From positions 37,576-101,575 of the forward strand of contig CAWKHN010000022.1 in assembly GCA_963849495.1 (NCBI GenBank): a DNA stretch of 64,000 bases. The letters are read 5' to 3'. The notes under the pieces were generated by a model. The model saw nothing but the letters and a program-made list of their open reading frames with translations. It was not told where the DNA came from and did not search any database. The DNA is from an uncultured Chloroflexia bacterium (GTDB lineage Bacteria; Chloroflexota; Limnocylindria; Limnocylindrales; CSP1-4). This document shows positions 40,083 to 52,804 of this stretch, piece by piece. The first letter of the stretch is position 1. Each line of letters starts with the position of its first letter. The translations under genes and the position numbers were made by a program.

Positions 40083-40907
40083 GTGCCCGCTCCCCGCCGT
40101 TACGTCACCGATGCGATCGTCCTGTCCCGGTTCGACCTGGGCGAGGCCGACCGGGTCCTGACCCTGATCACGCCCGGCTACGGCAAGCTGAAGGCGATCG
40201 CGAAGGGCGTGCGGCGTCCGACGTCGCGCCTCGGGGGATCGCTGGAGCCGTTCGCGGAGCTCACGATCGCGCTCGCTCGCGGCCGGACGTTCGATGTCGT
40301 CACCGAGGTCCGCGTCGGGCACGCGTGGCTGGGCCTCCGCGACCGGCTGGAGAGCGCGGCGACCGCGTGGTACCTGGCGGAGCTTGCCGATCGGTCCCTC
40401 GAGGAGCGTCACGAGGCCGAGCCGCTGTACGCGCTGCTCCGGCGGGCGTACGAGCTGCTGGACGCCGGCATGGCGCCCGGGCGGGTCGCCCGCTGGTACG
40501 AGATGCATCTCGCGGACGAGCTCGGCCAGCGGCCGGAGGTGGACCGCTGCGTCGAGTGCGACCGGATGCTGGAGACCACCGAGATCTTCCGCTGGGTGCC
40601 GCCCCTCGGCGGGGTGCTGTGCAGCCGCTGCCCGGGTCCGCCCGCGGACCGGGCCGGCCTGTCGCTCGACGCGCTCAAGCTGCTCAAGGCCTACCAGCGC
40701 CTGGACATCGAGGCGATCGCCGGCCTGCGGCTGTCGGAAGCCGTGGAGCGCGAGGTCGAGGCCGGCATGCGGGACTTCCTGCGCGTCGCTCTCGAACGGG
40801 ACGCCCGCTCGCTCGCCTTCCTGGACGAGGTTCGATCGGGCGCGGCGGCCCGCGCGGCGACGCGGGCACGGGCACGCCCGGCCACAGTCGGCCCGGCGCC
40901 GGCCTGA
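40083..40907 (+). CDS. recO: DNA repair protein RecO
   Basis: An N-terminal OB fold is followed by the zinc finger CVECDRML...CSRC. Confidence 0.88.
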   Translation: MPAPRRYVTDAIVLSRFDLGEADRVLTLITPGYGKLKAIAKGVRRPTSRLGGSLEPFAELTIALARGRTFDVVTEVRVGHAWLGLRDRLESAATAWYLAELADRSLEERHEAEPLYALLRRAYELLDAGMAPGRVARWYEMHLADELGQRPEVDRCVECDRMLETTEIFRWVPPLGGVLCSRCPGPPADRAGLSLDALKLLKAYQRLDIEAIAGLRLSEAVEREVEAGMRDFLRVALERDARSLAFLDEVRSGAAARAATRARARPATVGPAPA

Positions 40908-40922
40908 CGAGGAGGAGGCAAG

Positions 40923-41348
40923 GTGGTCTTCGACACCGGCAGCCCGTCGGACGCTCACGCCCTGGAGCGGCTCCGGACGGACCGCATCGGCTGGCTCACG
41001 ACCGTCAGGCCCGACGGCCAGCCGCAGACGTTCCCGATCTGGTTCCTGTGGGAGGACGGCGAGGCCCTCGTCTACAGCGACCGCCGGGCGAAGCGCAACG
41101 AGAACATCCGGACCAACCCGCGCGTCTCGCTGCACCTCGACGATGACGGCAGCGGCGGTGACATCGTGATCGTGGAGGGCGAGGCCCGGATCGACGATGC
41201 GACGCCGCCGGTGACCGATCATGCCGGGTACCTGGCCAAGTACGGGCAGTGGATCACCGAATACCTGACCTCGGCCGAGGAGATGGCCACCATCTACAAC
41301 GTGCCGATCCGGATCCGCCCGACGCGCGGCAGGGCCTTCGGCGCGTGA
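40923..41348 (+). CDS. pyridoxamine 5'-phosphate oxidase-like (PPOX class, possibly F420-dependent) protein
   Basis: 141 aa with IGWLTTVRPDGQPQTFPIWFLWEDGEALVYSD split-barrel signature. Confidence 0.6.
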   Translation: MVFDTGSPSDAHALERLRTDRIGWLTTVRPDGQPQTFPIWFLWEDGEALVYSDRRAKRNENIRTNPRVSLHLDDDGSGGDIVIVEGEARIDDATPPVTDHAGYLAKYGQWITEYLTSAEEMATIYNVPIRIRPTRGRAFGA

Positions 41349-42556
41349 GCTCTGCCAGGGGCCGGATCGCCCTCGCCGCCGGCGCGGCCGCCGTCGGGGC
41401 GCTCGCGGTCGCCCGGCCGGCCCTCGATGCGCTCGTGGCACGCACCGAGCGTCGCCTCAATCCCGTCCACCCACAGGCGCTCGCGCCCGTCTCCGAGCGG
41501 GCGCGAGCCCTCCACGCCACGCTCCGCGTGGCGGACCTCCACGCGGACTCACTGCTCTGGGGACGCGACCTCGTCGAGCGCGGCGCTCGCGCTCACGTGG
41601 ACATCCCCAGGCTGATCGAGGGCGGGGTGGTCCTGCAGGTGCTGTCGGCCTCGGTCAAGGTGCCGCGCCGCCTGAACATCGAGCGCAACGAGGACACCAG
41701 CGACGAGATCCTCGCCCTCGCCCTCGCCCAGCGCTGGCCGCCCCGGACCTGGACGAGCATCCTCGCCCGGGCGCTGCACCTGGCCGCTGCCGCCCGCCGG
41801 TTCGAGGCGCGCTCCGGTGGCGCCTTCCGGATCATCGAGACCCGTGCAGACCTGGCGGCGTACCTGGCGGCCCGGGCCGAACACCCGGCGATGTCCGCCG
41901 GGCTGCTGTCGATCGAGGGCGCCCAGGCGCTCGACGACGATCCGGCCAACGTGGAGGTCGTGGCCGATGCCGGCTTCCGGATGATCTCGCCGGCGCACTT
42001 CTACGACACCGTGTTCAGCGGGTCCGCGCACGGCGTGCGCCAGGGCGGGCTCACCGGACTCGGCCGCGAGATGGTCGGCCGGATGGAGGCCCGCGGCGTG
42101 ATCCTCGACGTCGCCCACGCCTCGGCCGCGACGATCGACGATGCGCTGGCGATCTCCACGCGCCCGGTCGTGGCGTCGCACACCGGCGTCCGGGGCGTGT
42201 GCGACAACGCCCGCAACCTCTCGGACGCGCACCTCGCCGGGATCGCGGCAAGCGGCGGGCTGGTCGGAATCGGCTTCTGGCCGACCGCGTGCGGAGGCGA
42301 CGACGCGGCAGCCATCGCGCGCTCGATCGCCTACGCGGTGGATCGGATCGGCGCGAGCCACGTCGCGCTCGGCTCGGACTGGGACGGCGCGGTGGCGGTG
42401 CCCTTCGATGCGGCCGGCGTGGTGCGGCTCACCGAGGCGCTCCTCGACGCCGGCCTGGACGAGGCCGCCATCCGGGCGGTGATGGGCGAGAACGTGCTGC
42501 GGCTGCTGGCGGACGCCCTGCCGGAGCCGCCGCAGGCACCGCTGTCGGGAGCGTGA
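41345..42556 (+). CDS. membrane dipeptidase (peptidase family M19)
   Basis: GTGA overlap with the upstream gene. A signal-like N-terminus is followed by ADLHADSLLW...VASHTGVRGVCDNARNLSDAHL...ALGSDWDG, renal-dipeptidase-like. Confidence 0.72.
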   Translation: MSSARGRIALAAGAAAVGALAVARPALDALVARTERRLNPVHPQALAPVSERARALHATLRVADLHADSLLWGRDLVERGARAHVDIPRLIEGGVVLQVLSASVKVPRRLNIERNEDTSDEILALALAQRWPPRTWTSILARALHLAAAARRFEARSGGAFRIIETRADLAAYLAARAEHPAMSAGLLSIEGAQALDDDPANVEVVADAGFRMISPAHFYDTVFSGSAHGVRQGGLTGLGREMVGRMEARGVILDVAHASAATIDDALAISTRPVVASHTGVRGVCDNARNLSDAHLAGIAASGGLVGIGFWPTACGGDDAAAIARSIAYAVDRIGASHVALGSDWDGAVAVPFDAAGVVRLTEALLDAGLDEAAIRAVMGENVLRLLADALPEPPQAPLSGA

Positions 42557-42616
42557 CCGCTCTCTGCTAGGATCGGCCGGCGCCCCTTCGCGTCAAATGA
42601 GCCCCTTCGCGCGTCC

Positions 42617-44059
42617 ATGCCACGGCCGCGCGACCCACCGGAGCACCTCGTGACCCCCGACGCCATCGACCCGAACAGCGTCGCGCCCGCCTTCGCCAAC
42701 CTCGAGACCATCGTGTCGCTGTCCAAGCGCCGCGGATTCGTCTTCCCCTCGTCCCAGATCTACGGCGGGATCAATGCCGTCTGGGACTACGGCCCCCTCG
42801 GCGTGGAGCTCAAGAACAACGTCAAGCGCGCCTGGTGGCGGGCGATGGTCCAGGACCGGAACGACATCGTGGGCCTCGACGCGGGCATCCTGATGCATCC
42901 GCAGGTGTGGGTGACCTCCGGGCATGTCGGCTCCTTCAGCGACCCGCTGGTGGAGTGCGGAACCTGCCGCCGTCGCTACCGCCTCGACGAGCTGCCCGGC
43001 GCGGAGGACCTGTCGGCGACGGACCTGCGCGACGAGACGATCGTCACCCGGCTCGGCCTCGTCTGCCCCAACGACGGCGGCCCGCTGTCCGCGCCGCGCC
43101 GGTTCAACCTGATGTTCACGTCGCACATGGGTCCCGTCGAGGACGAGGGCTCGATCGTCTACTTCCGGCCCGAGACCGCACAGGGCTCCTACGTCAACTT
43201 CAAGAACGTCCAGCAGAGCTCGCGCAAGAAGATCCCATTCGGCATCGCGCAGATCGGCAAGTCGTTCCGCAACGAGATCTCGCCCGGCAACTTCGTGTTC
43301 CGGATGCGCGAGTTCGAGCAGATGGAGATGCAGTACTTCGTGCGGCCCGGCGAGGGCGCCGAGCGGGCGTTCGAGGAGTGGCTGCCCAGGCGCAGGGCGT
43401 GGTACGAGGCGTATGGCGTGACCCCGGAGCGGCTCCGCTTCCGCGAGCACGCCGCCGACGAGCTGGCCCACTACGCGAAGAAGGCCGTGGACGTCGAGTA
43501 TCGGTTCCCGTTCGGCTGGAAGGAGCTCGAGGGCATCCACAATCGCGGCGACTTCGACCTCGGCAATCACGCGAGGGCGTCCGGCGAGAACCTCGAGTAC
43601 TTCGACCAGGCGACCGACGAGCACTTCATCCCGTGGATCGTCGAGACCGCCGCAGGGGCGGATCGGGCGGCATTCACGTTCCTCATCGACGCCTATCGCG
43701 AGGAGGAGGTCCGCGGCGAGAAGCGCGTCGTCCTCGGCCTCCACCCGGAGCTCGCCCCGTACAAGGTGGCGGTCCTGCCCCTGCTCAAGAAACGGCCCGA
43801 GATCGTCGAGATGTGCCACCGCCTGCTCGCGGATCTCAAGCGCGACCTGATGGCGGTCTACGACGACACCGCGGCGATCGGCAAGCTCTACCGGCGCCAG
43901 GACGAGATCGGCACGCCGTGGTGCGTGACGGTGGACGTCGACTCCCTCGATGACGGGGCGGTGACCATTCGCGACCGCGATTCGATGACCCAGGAGCGCG
44001 TGCCGCTCGAGGGTGTCAAGCGCCTGATCCTCGACCGGATGGCGGCCGTCCGGCCGTAG
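42617..44059 (+). CDS. glyQS: glycine--tRNA ligase (dimeric class II GlyQS)
   Basis: [11 protein letters not shown]..., class II motifs [25 protein letters not shown], and a C-terminal anticodon-binding domain. Confidence 0.92.
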   Translation: MPRPRDPPEHLVTPDAIDPNSVAPAFANLETIVSLSKRRGFVFPSSQIYGGINAVWDYGPLGVELKNNVKRAWWRAMVQDRNDIVGLDAGILMHPQVWVTSGHVGSFSDPLVECGTCRRRYRLDELPGAEDLSATDLRDETIVTRLGLVCPNDGGPLSAPRRFNLMFTSHMGPVEDEGSIVYFRPETAQGSYVNFKNVQQSSRKKIPFGIAQIGKSFRNEISPGNFVFRMREFEQMEMQYFVRPGEGAERAFEEWLPRRRAWYEAYGVTPERLRFREHAADELAHYAKKAVDVEYRFPFGWKELEGIHNRGDFDLGNHARASGENLEYFDQATDEHFIPWIVETAAGADRAAFTFLIDAYREEEVRGEKRVVLGLHPELAPYKVAVLPLLKKRPEIVEMCHRLLADLKRDLMAVYDDTAAIGKLYRRQDEIGTPWCVTVDVDSLDDGAVTIRDRDSMTQERVPLEGVKRLILDRMAAVRP

Positions 44060-44061
44060 AG

Positions 44062-44094
44062 CCGGCGGCCGACCGCGCGAGCGGGCGGTCGGCG
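44062..44094. terminator. GC-rich hairpin (9-bp stem gccgaccgc / gcggtcggc) between convergent glyQS and nfnB
   Basis: A perfect inverted repeat lies immediately after the glyQS stop. There is no U-tract, as is usual at this GC content. Confidence 0.3.
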
Positions 44095-44349
44095 AACCCG
44101 TCGTTGACGCACCCGCGGTGCGACGCGGCACCGTACCGGGACGACCGGGCTATGGCACGTGCCGGAGCGCCCGACGATGATCTCAGGCAGGGACGCGGTC
44201 GTCACGCGAGGGTGCGCTGACGGCCGCGCCCATCCATGTCGGGCGCGACCGCCGGCCTGAGCCGGAATCCGGCGTCGCGAGGCCGCCTGGGCTCGATCCG
44301 CCGGCTGATACCGGTCGCGAGGCTCCAGCCGGCGCGCGAAGGACGTGGA

Positions 44350-45900
44350 TCAGGCGGGGGTCGGCGTCGCCGTGGCCGCGTGGTCACGGGCTGCCTTCTT
44401 GGCCTCCGCGGCCGCCGCGGCGACCTCCTGCTCCGTCGGCTCCGGCGGCCAGACGCCCCGTAGCCAGGAGTCGATCGCCCGCGCCGAATCCTTGCCGTCG
44501 CCCATCGCGAGGATCACGGTCGCCGCGCCGCGGACGATGTCGCCGCCGGCGAACACGCCCGGCATGCTCGTCATCCCGAACTCGTCGGTGACCAGGTAGC
44601 CCCACTCGTTGACCGTGAGCTCCGGGGCGCTGCCCGTGAGCAGCGGGTTGGCCTTGGTCCCGATCGCCACGACCACCAGGTCGCAGTCGATCACGAACTC
44701 GGTGCCCGGGATCGGCTTGGGTCGCCTGCGCCCGCTGGCGTCGGGCTCGCCGAGCTCCATGCGGATGCACTTCAGGCCGGTCACCCAGCGGTTCTCGTCG
44801 GCGACGACCTCCAGCGGCGCGGCAAGGAACTCGAACCTGACGCCTTCGGCCTCCGCGTGGTGGACCTCCTCCTTGCGGGCAGGCAGCTCGTCGGCGGAGC
44901 GGCGGTAGACGATCGTCGCCTCCGCGGCGCCCAGCCGGCGCCCCGTCCGCACCGAGTCCATCGCGACGTTGCCGCCGCCGACCACCACGACCCGCTGGCC
45001 GTGGAGCACGGGTGTCTGCGAGTCCGCGTTCCAGGCGCCCATGAGGTTGACGCGGGTGAGGTACTCGTTGGCCGAGTAGACGCCCTTGAAGTTCTCGCCG
45101 GGCACGTTCATGAACACCGGCAGGCCGGCGCCCACCGCGAGGAACAGCGCGTCGTAGTCCTCGCGAAGCTCGGGGATTGTGTACGTGCGGCCGATGATCG
45201 AATCGACCTCGATCTTGACGCCGTCGGCGACCAGCCGGTCGACCTCGGCCTGGACGATGTCCTTGGGCAGCCGGAACTCCGGGATGCCGTAGATCAGGAC
45301 GCCGCCCGGGGCGTGGAACGCCTCGAACACCGTGACGTCGTGGCCCTGCTTGCGGAGCTCGCCGGCGGCCGTCAGGCCGGCGGGACCGGACCCCACGATG
45401 CCGACCTTCCTGCCCGTGTCGTGCGGTTCGCGCGCGGGCAGCGCATCGGGGTTCTGCTGGGCCCAGTCCGCGACGTATCGCTCGAGGTACCCGATGGCGA
45501 CCGGGTTGCCCTTCTTGGCCCGGACGCAGACACCCTCGCACTGCGTCTCCTGCGGGCACACGCGGCCCGTCACGCACGGCAGCGCGTTGTCGTCGAGCAG
45601 GCTCTCCGCGGCCGCGGGAAGGTCGCCGTCGCGCAGGAGCTTGATGAACCGCGGGATGTTGACGCGGACCGGGCAGCCGTCCACGCAGAACGGCTTGGGG
45701 CACTGGATGCACCGCTCGGCCTCCAGCATCGCCAGCTGGTAGGTGAGCCCGAGGTTGACCTCGCGGAAGTTGGCGGCACGGATGTCGCCCTCCTGCTCGG
45801 GCATGGCGACGCGGTCGATCGCCATCCGCTCCTTGTTGCTGAGCTTGGGCTTCTCGCCCTCGGTGGGGGACGCAGGGGTGGGGGACGCTGGATCGGTCAT
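44350..45900 (-). CDS. nfnB: GltD-like FAD/NADPH oxidoreductase, large subunit of an NfnAB / sulfide-dehydrogenase-type complex
   Basis: N-terminal [4Fe-4S] Cys clusters (CIQCPKPFCVDGCPV, CPQETQCEGVC). Two Rossmann GxGxxG motifs (VGIVGSGPAG, VVVVGGGNVAMD). ATG overlaps the nfnA stop. Confidence 0.8.
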   Translation of the reverse strand: MTDPASPTPASPTEGEKPKLSNKERMAIDRVAMPEQEGDIRAANFREVNLGLTYQLAMLEAERCIQCPKPFCVDGCPVRVNIPRFIKLLRDGDLPAAAESLLDDNALPCVTGRVCPQETQCEGVCVRAKKGNPVAIGYLERYVADWAQQNPDALPAREPHDTGRKVGIVGSGPAGLTAAGELRKQGHDVTVFEAFHAPGGVLIYGIPEFRLPKDIVQAEVDRLVADGVKIEVDSIIGRTYTIPELREDYDALFLAVGAGLPVFMNVPGENFKGVYSANEYLTRVNLMGAWNADSQTPVLHGQRVVVVGGGNVAMDSVRTGRRLGAAEATIVYRRSADELPARKEEVHHAEAEGVRFEFLAAPLEVVADENRWVTGLKCIRMELGEPDASGRRRPKPIPGTEFVIDCDLVVVAIGTKANPLLTGSAPELTVNEWGYLVTDEFGMTSMPGVFAGGDIVRGAATVILAMGDGKDSARAIDSWLRGVWPPEPTEQEVAAAAAEAKKAARDHAATATPTPA

Positions 45901-46736
45901 GCCTTGACCTCGGTGGTGGCGCAGGCGCCCCGTTGCTCGAGGGCCCGCTGTTCGAACTCGCGGTACGTGGTGAGCCGGTCGGCCAGCTCGGCGAAGTTGA
46001 CCTGGTGTGCGTCGAACTCGGGGCCGTCGACGCATGCGTACTTCGTTTCGCCACCGATGCTCACGCGGCAGCCGCCGCACATCCCGGTGCCGTCGACCAT
46101 GATCGCGTTGAGCGACGCCATCGTGTGCACGCCGTACGGGCGCGTGAGCTCGGCCACGGCCTTCATCATCGGCACCGGGCCCACGGCGTAGACGGCATCG
46201 ATGCCGCCCTCGTCGAGCAGGTCCTTGAGCGCCTGGGTCACGAAGCCGTGACGGCCGTAGCTGCCGTCGTCCGTGCACGGGACGACCTCGCCGGCCTCCC
46301 GCAGCTCGGGCTCGAGGATGACCCACTCCTTCGAGCGGCCGCCGATCACGCTGGTGACCGTGACGCCGCGTCGCGCGAGCTCGCGGGCGATCGGCAGGAT
46401 GACCGCCGTGCCCACGCCGCCGCCGACGCACACCGCGTGGCCCTGCTCGATGAGCTCGGTGGCGCTGCCGAGCGGACCGGCGACATCGGTGATCGCGTCG
46501 CCCACCTGGAGGTCGCACAGATCGCTCGTGCTGACGCCGATGGCCTGGATCATGAGCGTGATCGTGCCGGCCTCGGGATCGGTGTCGGCGATCGTGAGCG
46601 GGATGCGCTCGGCGCCCGGTCCCTTGCGGACGATGACGAACTGGCCGGGACGCCGGACCTTCGCCACCCGGGGCGCCTCGACGACGAGGCGGACGACGTT
46701 GGGGGAGAGCTGCTCACGCTCGATGACGGGATGCAT
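45897..46736 (-). CDS. nfnA: PyrK/SudB-like FAD and [2Fe-2S] subunit (NfnA-like)
   Basis: Internal ATG (MHPVIEREQ) of the longer track ORF gives a ferredoxin-reductase-type FAD domain. C-terminal Cys cluster MCGGCRV...C. Confidence 0.72.
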   Translation of the reverse strand: MHPVIEREQLSPNVVRLVVEAPRVAKVRRPGQFVIVRKGPGAERIPLTIADTDPEAGTITLMIQAIGVSTSDLCDLQVGDAITDVAGPLGSATELIEQGHAVCVGGGVGTAVILPIARELARRGVTVTSVIGGRSKEWVILEPELREAGEVVPCTDDGSYGRHGFVTQALKDLLDEGGIDAVYAVGPVPMMKAVAELTRPYGVHTMASLNAIMVDGTGMCGGCRVSIGGETKYACVDGPEFDAHQVNFAELADRLTTYREFEQRALEQRGACATTEVKA

Positions 46737-46892
46737 TCGACCTCGCTGGTGCTGTTGGTGATCCGATCGTCGCCCAGGGAGCGTCGCCGGCGTCACCCTC
46801 TGTCGGCCCCGTGCTGCGGTCCGAAGGTCACCTTGGAGGCGGGCCGACTGGCGGGCTCCGTCAGGGACGGGCGATCGCCGGCGGCGCGGATC

Positions 46893-47696
46893 TCAGACGG
46901 CCACCGGCGCCTTGCCCTTCGGCCAGTAGAGCTCTTTCTTGACGTGGAACTCCGGGAATCCCCGCTCCATGAGGACATGCTCCACGTTGATGATCATCTC
47001 CGGATTGCCGCAGATGTACACGACGGTCCTGTCCGGCTCCAGGCCCTGCTCCTCGCACACCCGCCCGATCACCTGCTCGGCGCGGCCCACCAGGCCGGTC
47101 CAGCCGGCGTTGCGCGGATCGCTCGCCCTCGAGATCGAGGGCAGGTAGCGCAGGCTGTAGGCCGGATCCCGCTCCCATGCCTGGAGCTCGCTGCGATACC
47201 CGAGCTCGTCCTCGTACGAGCAGCCGTTGAGCAGCACCGTCCGGCGGGGACGCCCCTGGGCCATCGTCTCGCGGATCATCGAGATGAACGGCGCGATCCC
47301 GGTGCCGGTGGACACGTAGAGGTGCGTCCTGTCGTCCTCCGGCTCGAGCATGAACCTGCCCTTGGGGCCGATCATCCGCATGCGCTGGCCGATCGGCAGC
47401 CGCCACAGCGCGGTCGTGAACCGGATGATGGGCACCAGCCGCACGAAGAACTCGTAGCCCTCGGTGTCGGCCACGGACGGTGCCGATGCTACGGAGTACG
47501 GCCGCTGGAGCAGCTTGCCGTCCACGACCACGCCCGTGGTCATGTACTGGCCGGACTCGAACGGGGTCGCCTGCGCGTCCAGCTTCACCCAGAAGCTGGC
47601 GAGATCGTGCGTCAGGTCCTCACGCCGGACCAGCGTCGCGTTGTAGGCGTCCGCCGCCGGTTCGATGACGCGGGTGTCCTCAGCGATGTCGCTCAC
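46893..47696 (-). CDS. fpr: ferredoxin--NADP(+) reductase (FNR/FPR family)
   Basis: From the GTG (VSDIAED). RPYSVAS FAD motif, GTGIAPF NAD(P) motif, and C-terminal aromatic ...WPKGK. Confidence 0.75.
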   Translation of the reverse strand: MSDIAEDTRVIEPAADAYNATLVRREDLTHDLASFWVKLDAQATPFESGQYMTTGVVVDGKLLQRPYSVASAPSVADTEGYEFFVRLVPIIRFTTALWRLPIGQRMRMIGPKGRFMLEPEDDRTHLYVSTGTGIAPFISMIRETMAQGRPRRTVLLNGCSYEDELGYRSELQAWERDPAYSLRYLPSISRASDPRNAGWTGLVGRAEQVIGRVCEEQGLEPDRTVVYICGNPEMIINVEHVLMERGFPEFHVKKELYWPKGKAPVAV

Positions 47697-47969
47697 GGGC
47701 TCGGGCTCCTGCAGCACTCGTCGGGGCCGCGAAGGATGCGTCGTCCCGACAGGCGGCCACCTCCAGTGTAGCCCGCGTGCGACGGGGCGGCCCTTGCGCA
47801 GGCCGCCGCGCTGCCGGCGCCGCGCGACCCGAACGCGTGAGCCCGGGCGATATCCGGCGTGCAACCGGGGCGCCGGGAGCGACGCGCGTACAATCGTGTG
47901 GATTGTTCCGGTCTCACCCGCGGGCCGCACTGACCGCCGCCCGCCAGCTCAGCAAGGAGCTTCTCCGCG

Positions 47970-50774
<2,805 letters not shown>

Positions 50775-50835
50775 CGCGACAGCGGGGCGGCGCAGCGCGA
50801 CACGCCGCACCACACCGACAACCCCGAGCCATCCC

Positions 50836-50865
50836 GGAGCCCGGCGGAGCGATCCGCCGGGCTCC
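50836..50865. terminator. 12-bp perfect GC hairpin (ggagcccggcgg-agcgat-ccgccgggctcc) ~60 nt downstream of ppdK
   Basis: A perfect inverted repeat in the intergenic region; candidate intrinsic terminator or attenuator. Confidence 0.35.
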
Positions 50866-51031
50866 GTCGCGTCCGGCGACGGCTGCGCCGGCCGGCGGTC
50901 GTTCGCCGTGCTGACCTCCGGATAGGGCAACCCACCCACGCTTTCGAGGGTGGACCGGAGGTGCGTCGCGGTGGCACGATAGGCCCCCGGAACGCTGACG
51001 CGAGTCGGGAGCCTAACGGGGAGGGCTGCGA

Positions 51032-52804
51032 TTGCGAGAGCCAGGATCCGGCAGCGGAGCCGGACGAGCCCGAGGACCGGATCCCGTGCCGCCCGTGGTC
51101 CCGGCCAAGATCCGGGTGCCGTCGCCGGCGGCCTTGCCGCGCGAGCGCCTCGAGTCGCGGCTGCGCGAGGCGCTCCGGCGGCGCCTGACCCTTGTCGTCG
51201 CCCCGGCCGGCTCCGGCAAGACCACCCTTGTCGCGCGGCTCGCGGGTACCTGCGGCATGCCGGTGGGCTGGTACCGCGCCGAGACATGGGACGCGGACGA
51301 GCGATCCTTCATCCGGCACGTGGAGGCGGCACTCCTGGCCGCGGTTCCCGGGCTGCCCGCGGGCTGGGCCGGCGTGGAGGATGCCGCACGCAACCTGGAG
51401 ACCCGATTGGAATCGGGTCCCGTCCTGCTCGTCATCGACGACTTCCACACGCTCGAGGACACTGAGGCCGAATCCGCGTTCGGGCGGCTGGTCGACTACG
51501 CGCCACCATGGCTCGCGATCGTCGTCGCGTCGCGGGTGGTGCCCCGTGTGAACCTGACCAGGCTCCGGGTTGCCGGGGAGCTCCTGGAGCTCGGACCGGA
51601 CGACCTCCGGTTTCGGGCCTGGGAGGTCGAGGAGCTGTTCCGTGACATCTACCACGACCCGGTTCCGCCTGGCGACCTGGCCGTGCTGGCGAGGCGCACG
51701 GAGGGCTGGGCCGCCGGCCTCCAGCTGTACCACCTCGCGACCCGCGGCAAGTCGGTCGAGGAGCGCCGCCGGGTCCTGACCGGGGCTGGCTCGAGCGTCC
51801 GCCTGGTCCGCGAATACCTCGCGAGCAACGTGCTGTCCGGGCTCCCCGACGAGCTTCGGCGGTTCCTGCTCGACACCTGCGTGCTCGGCCGGTTGTCGGG
51901 CCGGCTGTGTGACGAGCTGCGCGGAGAGCACGGCAGCACGGCGATCCTCGAGGATCTTGCCCACCGCGGCGTGTTCACAGTTCCCGTGGAGGATGCGGAC
52001 GACGCATACCGGTACCACGAGGTGCTGCGTCAGCACCTGGACCGCATGCTCGTGGAGGAGGTCGGCGAGGCACGGGCCCGGGCACGCCATGCGGCCGCCG
52101 GCAGGCTGCTGGAGACCGACGGCGCGCTGTCCGAGGCTCTCCGCGCGTACTGTCGGGCCGAGGATTGGGACGCCCTGCGCCGCCTCCTCGGGATGCAGGG
52201 AGAGCGGCTGGCGGCCACCAGCGAGCGCGCCTGGGTGGACGTGGTGCCGCCGGCGATCGAGCGGCACGACCCGTGGGTGGCCCTGGCCGCGGCACGACGG
52301 GCACGGAACGCCGGGCGCTGGGCGGCGGCGCTGGACGCCTACGCGCGGGCTGCATCAGCGTTCGGGGCAGCGCCCGCGGCCGACATCGCGCGCCGGGAGC
52401 GGCGGGCCCTGGCGGGCTGGCTCGACCCGGCCGCGACACAACCGACGACCGCCGTCGGCCAGCTCCGCGGCGGACTGATCCGCGAGCCCGCGGCCGCGGC
52501 CCGCGACGCGTCGCGGCTGGACGACCGCGAGACCCCGGTCGTCCACGGTCTGCTGGCACTCGCGGCCGGCGACGTTCTCGCGGCCAGGCGCCAGCTCGAG
52601 TCGGCGGCCGACACCGGGGAGGCCGGTCCCATTGCGTGCGCAGCGGCACGTCTCGCGGCTGCGGTGGCCGGCGTGCTGGCCGGAGAGCCCGTGGACCCGC
52701 GGATCCGTCGACCGGGCCGTGGACGAGGCGGAGAGGGCGGGTGTGCCGTGGCTTGCGCGCCTGGCACGGGAGATCGGCGTTCGTCTCGGCGACGAGCCGG
52801 ATGA
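51032..52804 (+). CDS. STAND/AAA-type NTPase regulatory protein (N-terminal part of a probable frameshifted large regulator)
   Basis: Walker A LVVAPAGSGKTTLVARLAG and Walker B LLVIDDFHTLED, followed by a helical/TPR-like region. The frame closes at 52804 while a +1 frame carrying SARP-like sequence opens at 52632. Confidence 0.6.
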   Translation: MREPGSGSGAGRARGPDPVPPVVPAKIRVPSPAALPRERLESRLREALRRRLTLVVAPAGSGKTTLVARLAGTCGMPVGWYRAETWDADERSFIRHVEAALLAAVPGLPAGWAGVEDAARNLETRLESGPVLLVIDDFHTLEDTEAESAFGRLVDYAPPWLAIVVASRVVPRVNLTRLRVAGELLELGPDDLRFRAWEVEELFRDIYHDPVPPGDLAVLARRTEGWAAGLQLYHLATRGKSVEERRRVLTGAGSSVRLVREYLASNVLSGLPDELRRFLLDTCVLGRLSGRLCDELRGEHGSTAILEDLAHRGVFTVPVEDADDAYRYHEVLRQHLDRMLVEEVGEARARARHAAAGRLLETDGALSEALRAYCRAEDWDALRRLLGMQGERLAATSERAWVDVVPPAIERHDPWVALAAARRARNAGRWAAALDAYARAASAFGAAPAADIARRERRALAGWLDPAATQPTTAVGQLRGGLIREPAAAARDASRLDDRETPVVHGLLALAAGDVLAARRQLESAADTGEAGPIACAAARLAAAVAGVLAGEPVDPRIRRPGRGRGGEGGCAVACAPGTGDRRSSRRRAG

